Below are positions 9,887 to 19,875 of a stretch of 64,000 nucleotides of DNA, one piece after another (positions within the stretch are counted from its first letter, which is position 1; each line of letters begins with the position of its first letter). The stretch comes from Candidatus Latescibacterota bacterium (GTDB lineage Bacteria > Latescibacterota > UBA2968 > UBA8231). The stretch covers positions 3,328,001 to 3,392,000 of the forward strand of contig OZ241867.1 in NCBI GenBank assembly GCA_965203175.1, given 5' to 3'. Under the pieces are notes generated by a model, which had not been told where the DNA came from, made no database searches, and saw nothing but the letters and a program-made list of their open reading frames with translations. Made by a program: the position numbers and the translations under genes.

Positions 9887-10290
9887 CGCTGGTCTCCTTT
9901 TCTGCGCTCGAGGGTTTTGTCCAGGTCTGCCCGGATCGCCGTCAATTCCTCGTCCGTGAGCGCTTGGCCGTTCAGCAGTTGGCTGACGAGTGCTTCGGCC
10001 GAGCCGGCAAAGAACGAGTCGATGACTTCGCCCAGCGAGCGCCGTCCCATGTCCTCGCGCGTGACCACCGGGCGATAGAGATCGGACCGGCCTTCTCGTT
10101 CCGATATCACAAAGCCCTTATCGCGCAGGATGCGCATTATGGTCAGCACGGTATTGTAAGCCATCGGCTTGACGGCTGTTAGCCGCTCTTGCACCTGCTT
10201 GACGGCTGCGGGCGACTCGTCCCACAGGACGTTCATAATGAGGGTTTCGAGCGGGGTCAGCTTTTTGTCGGGTTTGTCCTTGGTCGCCAT
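9883..10290 (-). CDS. BlaI/MecI/CopY family repressor
   Basis: LTPLETLIMNVLW, AYNTVLTIMRILRDKG; ATG at 10290 with AAAGGA RBS. Confidence 0.92.
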   Translation of the reverse strand: MATKDKPDKKLTPLETLIMNVLWDESPAAVKQVQERLTAVKPMAYNTVLTIMRILRDKGFVISEREGRSDLYRPVVTREDMGRRSLGEVIDSFFAGSAEALVSQLLNGQALTDEELTAIRADLDKTLERRKGDQR

Positions 10291-10301
10291 AGCAAGTCCT
10301 T

Positions 10302-10365
10302 TCAACTAAGAATTTAGTTGAGTATACTCGACGGCAATTGGTTTGTCAACTAAAATTTTAGTTGA
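10302..10365 (-). promoter_or_regulatory. sigma70 promoter (TTGACA-17-TATACT) for blaI-M56 with two 20-bp palindromic operators
   Basis: -35 at 10344-10349, -10 at 10321-10326 (minus strand); TCAACTAAGAATTTAGTTGA 10302-10321 and perfect TCAACTAAAATTTTAGTTGA 10346-10365. Confidence 0.85.
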
Positions 10366-10476
10366 TATGATTAGTGATAGATCGTATTGACTATCATTTT
10401 ACGATACAGCTTCTTGTGTTTATAATAATATTGTTATTTTTATCTTACTCAGGGAACGATATTGTAAAGGGTTTCC

Positions 10477-10863
10477 ATGCCCGCTACTCAGGTATTCTTC
10501 TTCCAGGATAAACAAGATATTCCAGTGAGAAGTTGGTTACAGGAATTGCGGCGAACAGACAAACGGGTTTATGCCAAGTGCGTCGCACGCATCCGCTCGC
10601 TAGCCCAACTCGGCCACGAACTCCGCCGTCCACTGGCTGACTATCTGGAAGAAGACATCTACGAACTGCGCATCCGCCGCGGTCGGGTCAACTATCGCAT
10701 TCTTTACTTCTTCCATGGTCAGAACATAGCGATCTTGACTCATGGGCTGGTCAAAGAAGACGTGATTCCCCAGGCAGACCTGACGCGGGCGATCAAACGG
10801 AAAGAAGCTTTCCTGAAAGATCCGGAGAAACACACCTACGAGGAGAATATTTCTCATGCCTAA
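10477..10863 (+). CDS. Type II TA toxin, RelE/ParE (Gp49-like)
   Basis: LRRPLADYL..IYELR..NYRILYFF..LTHG; overlaps downstream XRE gene. Confidence 0.85.
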   Translation: MPATQVFFFQDKQDIPVRSWLQELRRTDKRVYAKCVARIRSLAQLGHELRRPLADYLEEDIYELRIRRGRVNYRILYFFHGQNIAILTHGLVKEDVIPQADLTRAIKRKEAFLKDPEKHTYEENISHA

Positions 10864-11170
10864 GACGCGAGATGCAACCCAGATTCTCGACCGGATGACG
10901 GGCGACGATGAGGAAATGCGGCAACTGATTGCCGAGGAAACTCTTAACGCCGAAGTGGCTCGTTTGATCTACGAAGCACGGACAGTAGCGGGGCTAACTC
11001 AAGCCGAATTGGCCGAGCGAATCGGCACCAAGCAACCAGTGATCGCACGCTTGGAAGATGCCGATTACGAAGGACATTCGCTGTCTATGCTCCAGCGCAT
11101 CGCCCTTGCATTGAACCAGCGCGTCGAACTCCACTTCGTTCCTCTTGAGAAAACCTCAGAAGCGGCATAG
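10856..11170 (+). CDS. XRE-family HTH antitoxin (HigA-like)
   Basis: GLTQAELAERIGTKQPVIARLE HTH_3 signature. Confidence 0.88.
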   Translation: MPKTRDATQILDRMTGDDEEMRQLIAEETLNAEVARLIYEARTVAGLTQAELAERIGTKQPVIARLEDADYEGHSLSMLQRIALALNQRVELHFVPLEKTSEAA

Positions 11171-11435
11171 GCATCTAGCGGATGCGGCTTATAGAGCATT
11201 CCACGAGTTGTAGAGATTGGTCTAGCCTGCTGGCTAAGAGATCAAAACCCTTCTCGCGCAAGATGCGCATCGTGGGCAGCACGGTTAACGATTATAGTCA
11301 AGGCGCGGATAGAGCGCATTGACTGTCATTCAGCGATGAAATTCATTAAAATGATACGGTTGAATACGAGTTCATTTCGCAGAGCAACTAAAAAACTGAG
11401 AGCCTGCCCTGAGCAGAGCCTAAGGGAGCGCCACC

Positions 11436-12203
11436 ATGTCCGACTACACTGCCTATAAAGCTGATTATGACCGCGACGGCTTCGTCCTCGTGCGCAACTT
11501 CCTGCCCGCCGACGAACTCAAAGACCTAACGGCTCAGGTCGACCGCTACGTCCGCGACGTGGTGCCGACCCTGCCCGATCAGGCCGCCTTCTACCAAGAC
11601 AAGGCCCGGCCCGAAACCCTGAAACAACTACAGCACATGGGCAAATACGATGCCTTCTTCTCCGAGTACCGCGACCAACCGCGCTGGAGGGCCCTGGCTC
11701 AGACCCTCATCGGCGAGGCCGCGCAGGTGAGCCAACCCGAGTGGTTCAACAAGCCGCCACAGACCGAACACCCCACGCCGCCGCATCAGGACAATTTCTA
11801 CTTCAACCTCACGCCGCCCAACGTCGCCTCCATTTGGCTGGCCCTCGACCCGGTTGACGAGGAAAACGGCTGCCTGCGCTACAGCCCCGGCTCTCATCTC
11901 AAGGGCATCCGGCCACACAACCGCACTGCGGTTTTAGGTTTTTCGCAGGGCATTGCCGATTACGGCCCCCAAGACCAAGCCAACGAAGTCGCGGTGCATT
12001 TGCAGCCTGGTGACGCAGTCGTCCACCACGGCGAAATCATCCACCGGGCCGACCCCAATCGCTCGTCGCAGCGCCACCGCCGCGCTTTTGCTATGGTCTT
12101 CGAAGGCGTCAGTTGCAAGATCGATGAGGAAGGCCGGCGGAGATACCAAGAGGCCCTGCAGAGCCAGCATCAGAAGATGGGGCTGGAGACCTCTTCTACA
12201 TAA
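11436..12203 (+). CDS. Phytanoyl-CoA dioxygenase family (Fe/2OG) protein
   Basis: RDGF, FNKPP, PHQD (HxD), WLALD..ENGCL, PGSH, distal His. Confidence 0.9.
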   Translation: MSDYTAYKADYDRDGFVLVRNFLPADELKDLTAQVDRYVRDVVPTLPDQAAFYQDKARPETLKQLQHMGKYDAFFSEYRDQPRWRALAQTLIGEAAQVSQPEWFNKPPQTEHPTPPHQDNFYFNLTPPNVASIWLALDPVDEENGCLRYSPGSHLKGIRPHNRTAVLGFSQGIADYGPQDQANEVAVHLQPGDAVVHHGEIIHRADPNRSSQRHRRAFAMVFEGVSCKIDEEGRRRYQEALQSQHQKMGLETSST

Positions 12204-13138
12204 TGCGCGTGCTGATCACCGGCGGCGCAGGTTTCTTGGGGTCGCATTTGAGCGACCTGCTGCTGGAAAAAGGCTGCGAAATCATCTGCATGGACAACTT
12301 CCTCACGGGTCGGCCCGAGAACATCGCCCATCTGCTCGGCCACTCGCGATTCCAGTTTGTTCAATACGACGTCACCAACTACATCCACGTAGATGGTCCG
12401 CTCGACTTCATCCTGCACCTCGCCAGCCCGGCTAGCCCGGCCGATTTCGAACGGTTGGGGATCAACATCCTCAAGGTCGGCGCGTTGGGCACGCACAAGA
12501 CCTTGGGGTTGGCCGTGGCCAAGCAGGCCAAGTTCCTGCTGGCCTCCACCTCGGAAGTCTATGGCGACCCTTTGGTGCATCCCCAGTCCGAGGAGTACCT
12601 CGGCAACGTCAACCCCATTGGCATCCGCGGCGTGTACGACGAGGCCAAGCGCTTTGCCGAGGCCATGACCATGGCGTACCACCGCATGCACGGCACGGAC
12701 GTGCGCATTGCGCGCATATTCAATACGTATGGCGAGCGCATGCGCCAAGACGACGGCCGGGCCGTACCCAACTTCATCATCCAAGCCCTCAAGGGCCGCG
12801 ATCTAACGGTCTATGGCGACGGCCAGCAAACGCGCAGCATCTGCCATTACAGCGACCTGATCGCCGGCCTCTACAAGCTCATGTTGTCCGACGTGACCAC
12901 CCCGGTCAATCTCGGCAACCCCAGTGAAATCACCATGCTAGACTTGGCCCACAAGATCGTCGCCATGACGGGGTCCAAGAGCTGCATCGCCTTCGGCGAG
13001 CTGCCGCAGGACGACCCTCGGGTGCGCCTGCCCGACATTGCCAAGGCCCGCTCTCTCCTCGGCTGGACGCCCCGCGTGGGGCCGGACGAGGGGTTGGGCC
13101 GGACGATAGCATGGTTCAAACGAGAATTGGAGAAATAG
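12203..13138 (+). CDS. UDP-glucuronate decarboxylase-like SDR (NAD-dependent epimerase)
   Basis: [41 protein letters not shown]. Confidence 0.92.
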   Translation: MRVLITGGAGFLGSHLSDLLLEKGCEIICMDNFLTGRPENIAHLLGHSRFQFVQYDVTNYIHVDGPLDFILHLASPASPADFERLGINILKVGALGTHKTLGLAVAKQAKFLLASTSEVYGDPLVHPQSEEYLGNVNPIGIRGVYDEAKRFAEAMTMAYHRMHGTDVRIARIFNTYGERMRQDDGRAVPNFIIQALKGRDLTVYGDGQQTRSICHYSDLIAGLYKLMLSDVTTPVNLGNPSEITMLDLAHKIVAMTGSKSCIAFGELPQDDPRVRLPDIAKARSLLGWTPRVGPDEGLGRTIAWFKRELEK

Positions 13139-13140
13139 CT

Positions 13141-14007
13141 ATGTGTGCTTTTGAATTGCGAGAAAACGCCCTCGGCCTTGAAATCCACGCGGGCGATCAA
13201 CTGCTTGCCTTGTACCGCGCTACCGAGGAGCTGCCCCGCAGCGAATCGCCCAAGCCCTGCTTCGCGCCTCTGTACACGCTTTCCGGCCAGCTCGTGACCG
13301 AGTATCGTCCGCCCGACCACGCTTGGCATACGGGGCTGTTCTTCGGCTGGGTCCACGTCAACGACGCGAATTTGTGGGGTGGGCGTTGGTATTTGCCGGA
13401 AACAAAGAAATACGAACACGTCGCCGACAGCCACGGCGTGCAGCGGCACGATGGCTTTACAGCTTTGGAAGTGGACAGTGTGACTGAGTCGCTTTCTTGG
13501 CTCGACGGCCGCGATCAGCTCATGGCGCGGGAGTCGCGTTCTTTTGGCTTTTACAGTACTGAGGGCGGCTACTGCTTGCGGATATCCACGCGCATCGAGC
13601 CAGCCGGCGATCGCCTGGTGATGGGGGCCTCGCGGGCGGCGCGCTACTCGGGGCTGGTGCTGCGCATGGGGCCTTCCTTTGCCGAAGCCGACCACTATTG
13701 TAGCGCAGGACGCCAGGGCCACGCGAACATCATGCACCAGCGCGCCCGTTGGGTGGGGGCGCGCGGAAAAAGCGGCGGCTTTGTCGCGCTCATGGATCAT
13801 CCGAGCAACCCGCGCCATCCGGTCACTTGGTTCACTCGGGCAAACTTGCTGGGCACGGGCCTGCTGATAGAAGGCGACTTAGAGCTAGCGGCTGGCGAGT
13901 GCTTGGAACTGCACCACGCGTTCTTCGTCTTAGACCAGGACCCCGGTCCCACACAAATAGAATCCCTGTACGCGGACTTTGCTGCTTCTCCTGGAGAATT
14001 GCCATGA
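13141..14007 (+). CDS. DUF6807/PmoA-like family protein
   Basis: KP.F.PL.T.SG, PPDHAWHTGLF, DHPSNPRHP..WF motifs. Confidence 0.75.
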   Translation: MCAFELRENALGLEIHAGDQLLALYRATEELPRSESPKPCFAPLYTLSGQLVTEYRPPDHAWHTGLFFGWVHVNDANLWGGRWYLPETKKYEHVADSHGVQRHDGFTALEVDSVTESLSWLDGRDQLMARESRSFGFYSTEGGYCLRISTRIEPAGDRLVMGASRAARYSGLVLRMGPSFAEADHYCSAGRQGHANIMHQRARWVGARGKSGGFVALMDHPSNPRHPVTWFTRANLLGTGLLIEGDLELAAGECLELHHAFFVLDQDPGPTQIESLYADFAASPGELP

Positions 14008-15422
14008 GGCCGTTGTGCCTCCCGGTACTGTTTCTACTCGCCTGTGCTTCGGCCCCCAAAGTCGAATACCCGGCCCTCGACTTGGCCCAGCCGGACCAAT
14101 GGACGGCTGGGGCTTCAGAGGGTACAGTCGCCGACCACTGGTGGCGCGATATGGGGGCCGCGCACCTCGACAGTCTCGTGGCGTTGGCCTTGGAGCACAA
14201 CTACAATCTCAAGATCGCCGGTGCGCGTCTGGCCCAAGCCCAGGCCCAAGCCCGGGCGGCTGGTGCGCCGCTCTGGCCCCAACTCGGCGTCAATGCCAAT
14301 GGCTCGCGGCGCAAACAGAATTTCGTCGGCCTGCCCATCCCCGGGAGAGACCCAGACCAGGTCTTGACCTCCAAGAGCACGTCCTTTGGCGTCGATCTGA
14401 CCGCGAGTTGGGAAGCCGACCTATGGGGTCGCCTGCGCGCTGGTGCCCAAGCTGCGCTCGCCGATGCCGATGCTGCCGCCGCTGATTTCCGCGCGGCGCG
14501 CCTCTCGCTGGCAGCGCAGACGGCGCGGGCTTATTTCGCCGCGGTCGAAGCGGGTCACCAAGTCGAGCTAGCGCGGGCGACCGTTGCAAACTACCGGCTC
14601 TCCGCCGAGCAGATCGAAGATCGCTATCGCCGCGGCTTGCGCTCGTCGCTCGATGTGCGCTTGGGCCGGTCGAGCTTGGCCGCGGTCGAAGCGACCCTCG
14701 CCCAGCGCCGCCAGCAACGGGATGCTGCTCTGCGCCAGCTCGAATTGATCTTGGGCCGCTATCCCAGCGCCCGGATTAAAGTCGGAGACGAGTTGCCCGC
14801 TGTTGGTGGCCCGGTTCCAGCCGGTTTGCCAGCCCAACTCGTAGGCCGACGCCCCGACCTCGTGGCTGCTGAGCGTCGTCTCGCCGCGGCCGACCGTCGG
14901 CTGGTCCAAGCTCGGCGCGCCTTGTTGCCCCGCATCAGTCTCACGGCCTCTACGGGCCGCTCGTCGAGCGCGTTGAGCGACTTGCTCGACGGCGATTTTT
15001 CGGTGTGGAATCTCGTGGGCAATATCGCGCAGCCCTTGCTGCAAGGTGGGCGTCTGCGCGCGGGCGTTGATCAGGCCGCTTCCGCAGCCGAGCAAGCTGT
15101 CTTTACCTATGCCCAGAGCGCACTTAGAGCATACGGCGAGGTGGAGGCGGCGCTGAATGCCGAAGGTTTGCTCGCCGACCAAGAACGAGCACTAACCACG
15201 GCTGCGGAAGAAGCCGTGGCCGCGCGCGCCTTAGCCGAAGATCGCTACGCCAGGGGGCTTGCCGATCTCATCGCCCTGCTAGAGTCTCAGCGCCGGGCTT
15301 TTGACGCTGAGAGCCGCCTGCTCGCCGTCCGTCGCCAGCGCCTCGATACCCGCATCGACTTGCACCTAGCCCTTGGCGGCGGCTTTGCCCTTGCCTCTCA
15401 GCACGCGGAGATTCCGCAATGA
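14004..15422 (+). CDS. RND efflux outer-membrane lipoprotein (NodT/TolC family)
   Basis: Lipobox LLAC, SWEADLWGRLR, RRPDL.AAERRL, LALGGG. Confidence 0.92.
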   Translation: MRPLCLPVLFLLACASAPKVEYPALDLAQPDQWTAGASEGTVADHWWRDMGAAHLDSLVALALEHNYNLKIAGARLAQAQAQARAAGAPLWPQLGVNANGSRRKQNFVGLPIPGRDPDQVLTSKSTSFGVDLTASWEADLWGRLRAGAQAALADADAAAADFRAARLSLAAQTARAYFAAVEAGHQVELARATVANYRLSAEQIEDRYRRGLRSSLDVRLGRSSLAAVEATLAQRRQQRDAALRQLELILGRYPSARIKVGDELPAVGGPVPAGLPAQLVGRRPDLVAAERRLAAADRRLVQARRALLPRISLTASTGRSSSALSDLLDGDFSVWNLVGNIAQPLLQGGRLRAGVDQAASAAEQAVFTYAQSALRAYGEVEAALNAEGLLADQERALTTAAEEAVAARALAEDRYARGLADLIALLESQRRAFDAESRLLAVRRQRLDTRIDLHLALGGGFALASQHAEIPQ

Positions 15423-16663
15423 TGCGCGTCTTTAAAATAATTTTGCCCGTCCTCATCCTCGCCCTCGGCTTTGGGGCCTACCAACTGCTGGCCTCGATGC
15501 GCGAGCCGCCCCAGCGTGTCTCTCGCTCCTATGACGGCCCGCTCGTCGAAGCCATTGCCGCCCCGCTGCAACAGGTCCAGGTCGTCGTTGAAGGGCAGGG
15601 CACGGTGCGTCCTGACGCTCAGATTGACCTAGTGCCGCAGGTGTCGGGCATTGTGGTGTGGAAGGATGCCGATTTCAAACCGGGCGGGACCTTTGCCAAG
15701 GGCGCGCTGCTGTTTCGGATTGACCCGCGCGATTACGAGCTTGCTGTGCAACAAGCCGCGGTCCAAGTGGCGCAGGCGCGCTACCAACTCGACTTGGCCC
15801 GCGAGGAAGCCGCCATCGCCGAAGAGGAGTGGGAGCGACTCCACGCGGAAGAAGCTCCCACTGACTTGGTGTTGCGCAAACCCCAGTTACGCGCCGCCGA
15901 GGCTAGCCTCCAAGGGGCTGAAGCGCGCCTCGCCGAAGCGCAGTTGCGCTTGGACCGCACCAAAGTGTACGCCCCGTTTGCCGGCCGGGTGCGCACCGCG
16001 CGCGTCGATGTTGGCCAGCATATCAACGCCGGCCAAGCCATTGCCCAGATATACAGTATTGAAAAGGCCGAGATCGTCGTCCCCGTCCCCGACGAGGATC
16101 TCGGGTGGTTCACCCTGCCGCTACCCATCGACATCGCCGCGGCCAGCACACCTAACATTGGGGTCGTATCCAATCCTAACGCCGAGGGCGGATCCCGCGC
16201 TTTTGCTTTTAGCCGAGAGGGAGCTAGCGCTATGGTCAGCGGCGCTTTTGCCGGTCGTCAGCACCAGTGGAGCGGGCGCGTCGTTCGCACCGAAGGTGAG
16301 CTCGACCCGCGAAGCCGGATGGTCCGCTTAGTCGTCGAGGTCGAAGCGCCCTACGGCGGCATTGCCGATGGAATCCCGCCGCTGACGGTGGGGATGTTCG
16401 TCGAGGTGGCCATCGCCGGCCGCATGGTCGATGGCGTCCGCGTCCTGCCCCGCGTCGCGCTACGCCAGGGCGACCGCGCGTGGACGGTGGGCCGCGACGG
16501 CGTTCTCAGCATCCGCCCAGTGCAAGTGGTACGCGCCCTTGAGGATGAAGTGCTCGCTTATATCGACATGCCTCCGGAAGAGCGGATCATCGTCTCGCAG
16601 CTCAGCGGCGTTACCGACGGTATGCAGGTGCGCCTCGCGGATGGGTTAGGAGGTCAGCCGTGA
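15419..16663 (+). CDS. RND efflux periplasmic adaptor (MFP)
   Basis: N-terminal TM, PQVSG, APFAGRV, GMFV; lies between OMF and RND genes. Confidence 0.92.
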   Translation: MMRVFKIILPVLILALGFGAYQLLASMREPPQRVSRSYDGPLVEAIAAPLQQVQVVVEGQGTVRPDAQIDLVPQVSGIVVWKDADFKPGGTFAKGALLFRIDPRDYELAVQQAAVQVAQARYQLDLAREEAAIAEEEWERLHAEEAPTDLVLRKPQLRAAEASLQGAEARLAEAQLRLDRTKVYAPFAGRVRTARVDVGQHINAGQAIAQIYSIEKAEIVVPVPDEDLGWFTLPLPIDIAAASTPNIGVVSNPNAEGGSRAFAFSREGASAMVSGAFAGRQHQWSGRVVRTEGELDPRSRMVRLVVEVEAPYGGIADGIPPLTVGMFVEVAIAGRMVDGVRVLPRVALRQGDRAWTVGRDGVLSIRPVQVVRALEDEVLAYIDMPPEERIIVSQLSGVTDGMQVRLADGLGGQP

Positions 16664-19600
16664 AAGCACCTGTGTCTTGGATGGCGAAGAATCACGTCGC
16701 CGCCAATCTGCTGATGGGTTTCATCATGTTGAGCGGTCTGTTTGCCATGATGCAGACCAAGAAAGAAACCTTCCCCGAGATGTCGCTCGACCAGGTGCAA
16801 ATCCAGGTGCCCTACTTGGGCGCGACACCAGCCGAGGTCGAAGACGCCGTCTGCAAGCGCATTGAGGAACGGGTGCGCGGCCTAGAGGGAGTGCGCCGCG
16901 TGCGCTCTACGGCCGCTGAGGGCATGGGCGTAGTCAGCATCGAGCTAGAGCGCGGTGCCGACATGGACAAGCTCCTCGACGACATCAAAAACGAGATCGA
17001 TCGCATCGACACCTTCCCCGCCGAGATCGAAGAGCCGGTCATCAAGGAGTTGACTCGCCGCAATCAAGCCATCGACGTGGTGCTCTACGGCGATGTCGAG
17101 GAGAAGGCCCTCAAAGTCGCCGCCGAGCTCGTGCGCGACGACCTGCGCAGCAGCGGCGTTATTTCGCAGGTCGAGCTCAAGGGCGTGCGCGTTGATGAGA
17201 TTGCCATCGAAGTCTCCGAAGAGGCCCTGCGGCGCTACAGCCTAACCTTCGCGCAGGTCGCCGACGCGGTCCGCCGCACGAGCATTGACCTACCCGCCGG
17301 CAGCGTCGAGAGCGAGGATGGCGCGATATTGCTCCGCACGCAGGGGCTGATGCGCGTGGGACGCGAATACGAAGAGGTCGTCGTCCTCACCCGTCCCGAC
17401 GGCACGGCCCTCAAGCTCAAAGATGTGGCCACGGTCGTCGATGGCTTTGAGGATACCGATCTCGTCTCGCGCTTCAACGGCCAGCCAGCGGCCGTGGTGC
17501 AGGTCTTTCGCATTGGGGACCAGAACGCCCTCGACATCTCCGCCTATGTCCACCAGTACATTGAAGACAAACGCTCAACCCTGCCGGAGGGAATCCACAT
17601 CGGCTACGCGCGCGACGATGCGCGCATCCTGCGCAGCCGCATCGATTTGCTGATCCGCAACGCCTGCCTCGGTCTGGTGTTGGTCTTCATCTGTCTGAGT
17701 TTTTTCCTCGACTTGCGCTTGGCCTTCTGGGTGATGATGGGCATCCCCATCAGCTTTTTGGGGGCCTTCGTGCTGATGCAGCCTTTCGACGCCTCGATCA
17801 ACATGCTTTCGCTGTTCGCCTTTATCGTGGCCTTGGGCATCGTCGTGGACGACGCGATCATCGTCGGCGAAAATATCTTTTCCCACCGAGTGCAGGGGAA
17901 ATCCTTCGGCCGTGCCGCTATCGATGGCGCGCTCGAAGTGAGCACGCCGGTCCTGTTCGCGGTGATGACCTCGATTGCGGCCTTTATGCCGCTGTTTTTC
18001 GTCGAGGGCATGATGGGCAAGTTCATGTCGGTCATCCCCGTAATCGTCATCTCAGTGCTCCTACTGTCACTGATCGAGAGTCTGTTCATTCTGCCGGCGC
18101 ACCTGTCTTCTAAGGGGGACGGACCACTCAGCCGCTTGTTTCGCCGGGTTTTCATCCGCCCACTCGATTGGCACGCCCGGGTCGTCGTTTCCTTTGACCG
18201 CGGCCTCAAGCACGTCATCCGCAACGCCTATCAGCCCACGCTGCGCTTGGCGCTGGCCCATCCGATTTCCAGCACCGCCCTAGCTTTATCGCTGATGCTA
18301 TGTACCGCCGGACTGGTCGTCGGCGGCCATATCAAGTTTGTATTCATGCCCGAGATCGGGGCCGATTGGGTGACGATATCGGTCAACATGCCCCAGAGTA
18401 CCACGGCGACCCAAACCGCCAAGGTCGTGCGACACATCGAAGAAAAGGCCATCGTCCTGCGCGACCAGATCGACGCCGAGCGTGAGGGCGGGGATTCAAT
18501 CTACCGCAATTTTTTCACTTACATCGGCGACCAACCCTCGGCCCGGCGTTCTTCCTTTGCAAGCACTCCAAGTGCTGGTGGCCAAGGCCATCTAGCCGAA
18601 ATTACCATCGAACTTTTACCTTCCGAGGAGCGCGATCTCGACAGCGCGGAGATTGAGGCGCGGCTGCGCCAACTGGTCGGCGAGGTACCCGGCCCCGAAT
18701 CCATTGTTTTTTTCTCGTCGCTGTTTTCCGCTGGCAATCCCATCGAGGTCGAGTTGGCCTCGGACAACTTTGACCAGCTCTTGTTGGCCGTTGATCGCCT
18801 CAAGGGCAAAATCGCCGAGTACGCCGGCACTGGCGATATCCAAGACAGCTTTGAGGAGGGCAAGCTGGAGATGAAACTCCGGCTCAAGCCCCAAGCCCGC
18901 ACCCTCGGCCTCACGCTCGCCGATCTAGCCCGCCAGGTGCGCCAGGGCTTCTACGGCGACCAAGCGCTGAGATTCCAGCGCGGCTCGGACGATGTGCGGG
19001 TGATGGTGCGCTACCCCAAAGACGAGCGCCGGAACTTGGGCGATGTGCGCTCGATGCGCGTGCGCACGCCTGCGGGTGCCGAGGTGCCCTTTGCCGAGGT
19101 GGCTACCGTCACCATCGGCCACGCCTCTGCCTCCATCCAGCGCACCGATGGCCAGCGCGTCGTGCGGGTGAGTGCCTCTGTAGATGACCAAGTCGCCAAT
19201 GCCGACGAAATCAACCGCGATCTCGAAGCGTCGTTCCTGCCTGCGCTGGTGCAGGAGTATCCCGGTCTCGGTCTGCGCTACCGCTTCGCCGGCGAGCAGC
19301 AGGAGCGGCAGGACTCGCTGATGAGCCTGCGCCTCAACTTCATCATCGCCCTTGCCGCCATCTACGTGTTGCTGGCCGTGCCATTCAAATCGTACACGCA
19401 GCCCCTCGTCGTCATGAGCGCGATTCCATTTGGCATCATTGGCGCGGTTTGGGGGCATTTGATCATGGGCTTGGACTTGGCGCTTTTGAGCCTGTTTGGG
19501 ATCGTCGCGCTCTCGGGCGTGGTGGTCAATGATTCGCTGGTACTGCTGACCTTCTACAACCAGATGCGGCGCGAGGGATCGTCGCACGAGGACGCTCTAG

Positions 19601-19869
19601 TCTCTGCCGGGGCCGCCCGCTTCCGCCCGATCCTACTGACCTCGCTGACGACCTTCTTTGGCCTACTGCCGATGATCCTCGAAAAAAGCCTTCAGGCACA
19701 GTTTTTGATCCCAATGGCCGTCAGTCTAGGCTTTGGCATCCTCTTTGCTACTTTCATCATTTTGCTAGGCGTCCCGATAGGAATGCGCCTGTTGGTGGGC
19801 GTCCAAGAGTTTTGGGGGCGGTTGAACGAGGATAAAACCGCCAAGGTCGCGCCGGTTACCGGGTCTTGA
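16660..19869 (+). CDS. RND efflux permease (AcrB/AcrD/AcrF family)
   Basis: 1069 aa; GIVVDDAIIVGEN, GVVVNDSLVL, RFRPILLTSLTT. Confidence 0.95.
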   Translation: MKAPVSWMAKNHVAANLLMGFIMLSGLFAMMQTKKETFPEMSLDQVQIQVPYLGATPAEVEDAVCKRIEERVRGLEGVRRVRSTAAEGMGVVSIELERGADMDKLLDDIKNEIDRIDTFPAEIEEPVIKELTRRNQAIDVVLYGDVEEKALKVAAELVRDDLRSSGVISQVELKGVRVDEIAIEVSEEALRRYSLTFAQVADAVRRTSIDLPAGSVESEDGAILLRTQGLMRVGREYEEVVVLTRPDGTALKLKDVATVVDGFEDTDLVSRFNGQPAAVVQVFRIGDQNALDISAYVHQYIEDKRSTLPEGIHIGYARDDARILRSRIDLLIRNACLGLVLVFICLSFFLDLRLAFWVMMGIPISFLGAFVLMQPFDASINMLSLFAFIVALGIVVDDAIIVGENIFSHRVQGKSFGRAAIDGALEVSTPVLFAVMTSIAAFMPLFFVEGMMGKFMSVIPVIVISVLLLSLIESLFILPAHLSSKGDGPLSRLFRRVFIRPLDWHARVVVSFDRGLKHVIRNAYQPTLRLALAHPISSTALALSLMLCTAGLVVGGHIKFVFMPEIGADWVTISVNMPQSTTATQTAKVVRHIEEKAIVLRDQIDAEREGGDSIYRNFFTYIGDQPSARRSSFASTPSAGGQGHLAEITIELLPSEERDLDSAEIEARLRQLVGEVPGPESIVFFSSLFSAGNPIEVELASDNFDQLLLAVDRLKGKIAEYAGTGDIQDSFEEGKLEMKLRLKPQARTLGLTLADLARQVRQGFYGDQALRFQRGSDDVRVMVRYPKDERRNLGDVRSMRVRTPAGAEVPFAEVATVTIGHASASIQRTDGQRVVRVSASVDDQVANADEINRDLEASFLPALVQEYPGLGLRYRFAGEQQERQDSLMSLRLNFIIALAAIYVLLAVPFKSYTQPLVVMSAIPFGIIGAVWGHLIMGLDLALLSLFGIVALSGVVVNDSLVLLTFYNQMRREGSSHEDALVSAGAARFRPILLTSLTTFFGLLPMILEKSLQAQFLIPMAVSLGFGILFATFIILLGVPIGMRLLVGVQEFWGRLNEDKTAKVAPVTGS

Positions 19870-19875
19870 AGGGCT

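Noticed and set aside
11401-11426. REP-like GCCTGCCCTGAGC..AAGGG element
   Set aside because: Single degenerate copy with no partner or RAYT gene; too weak to call.
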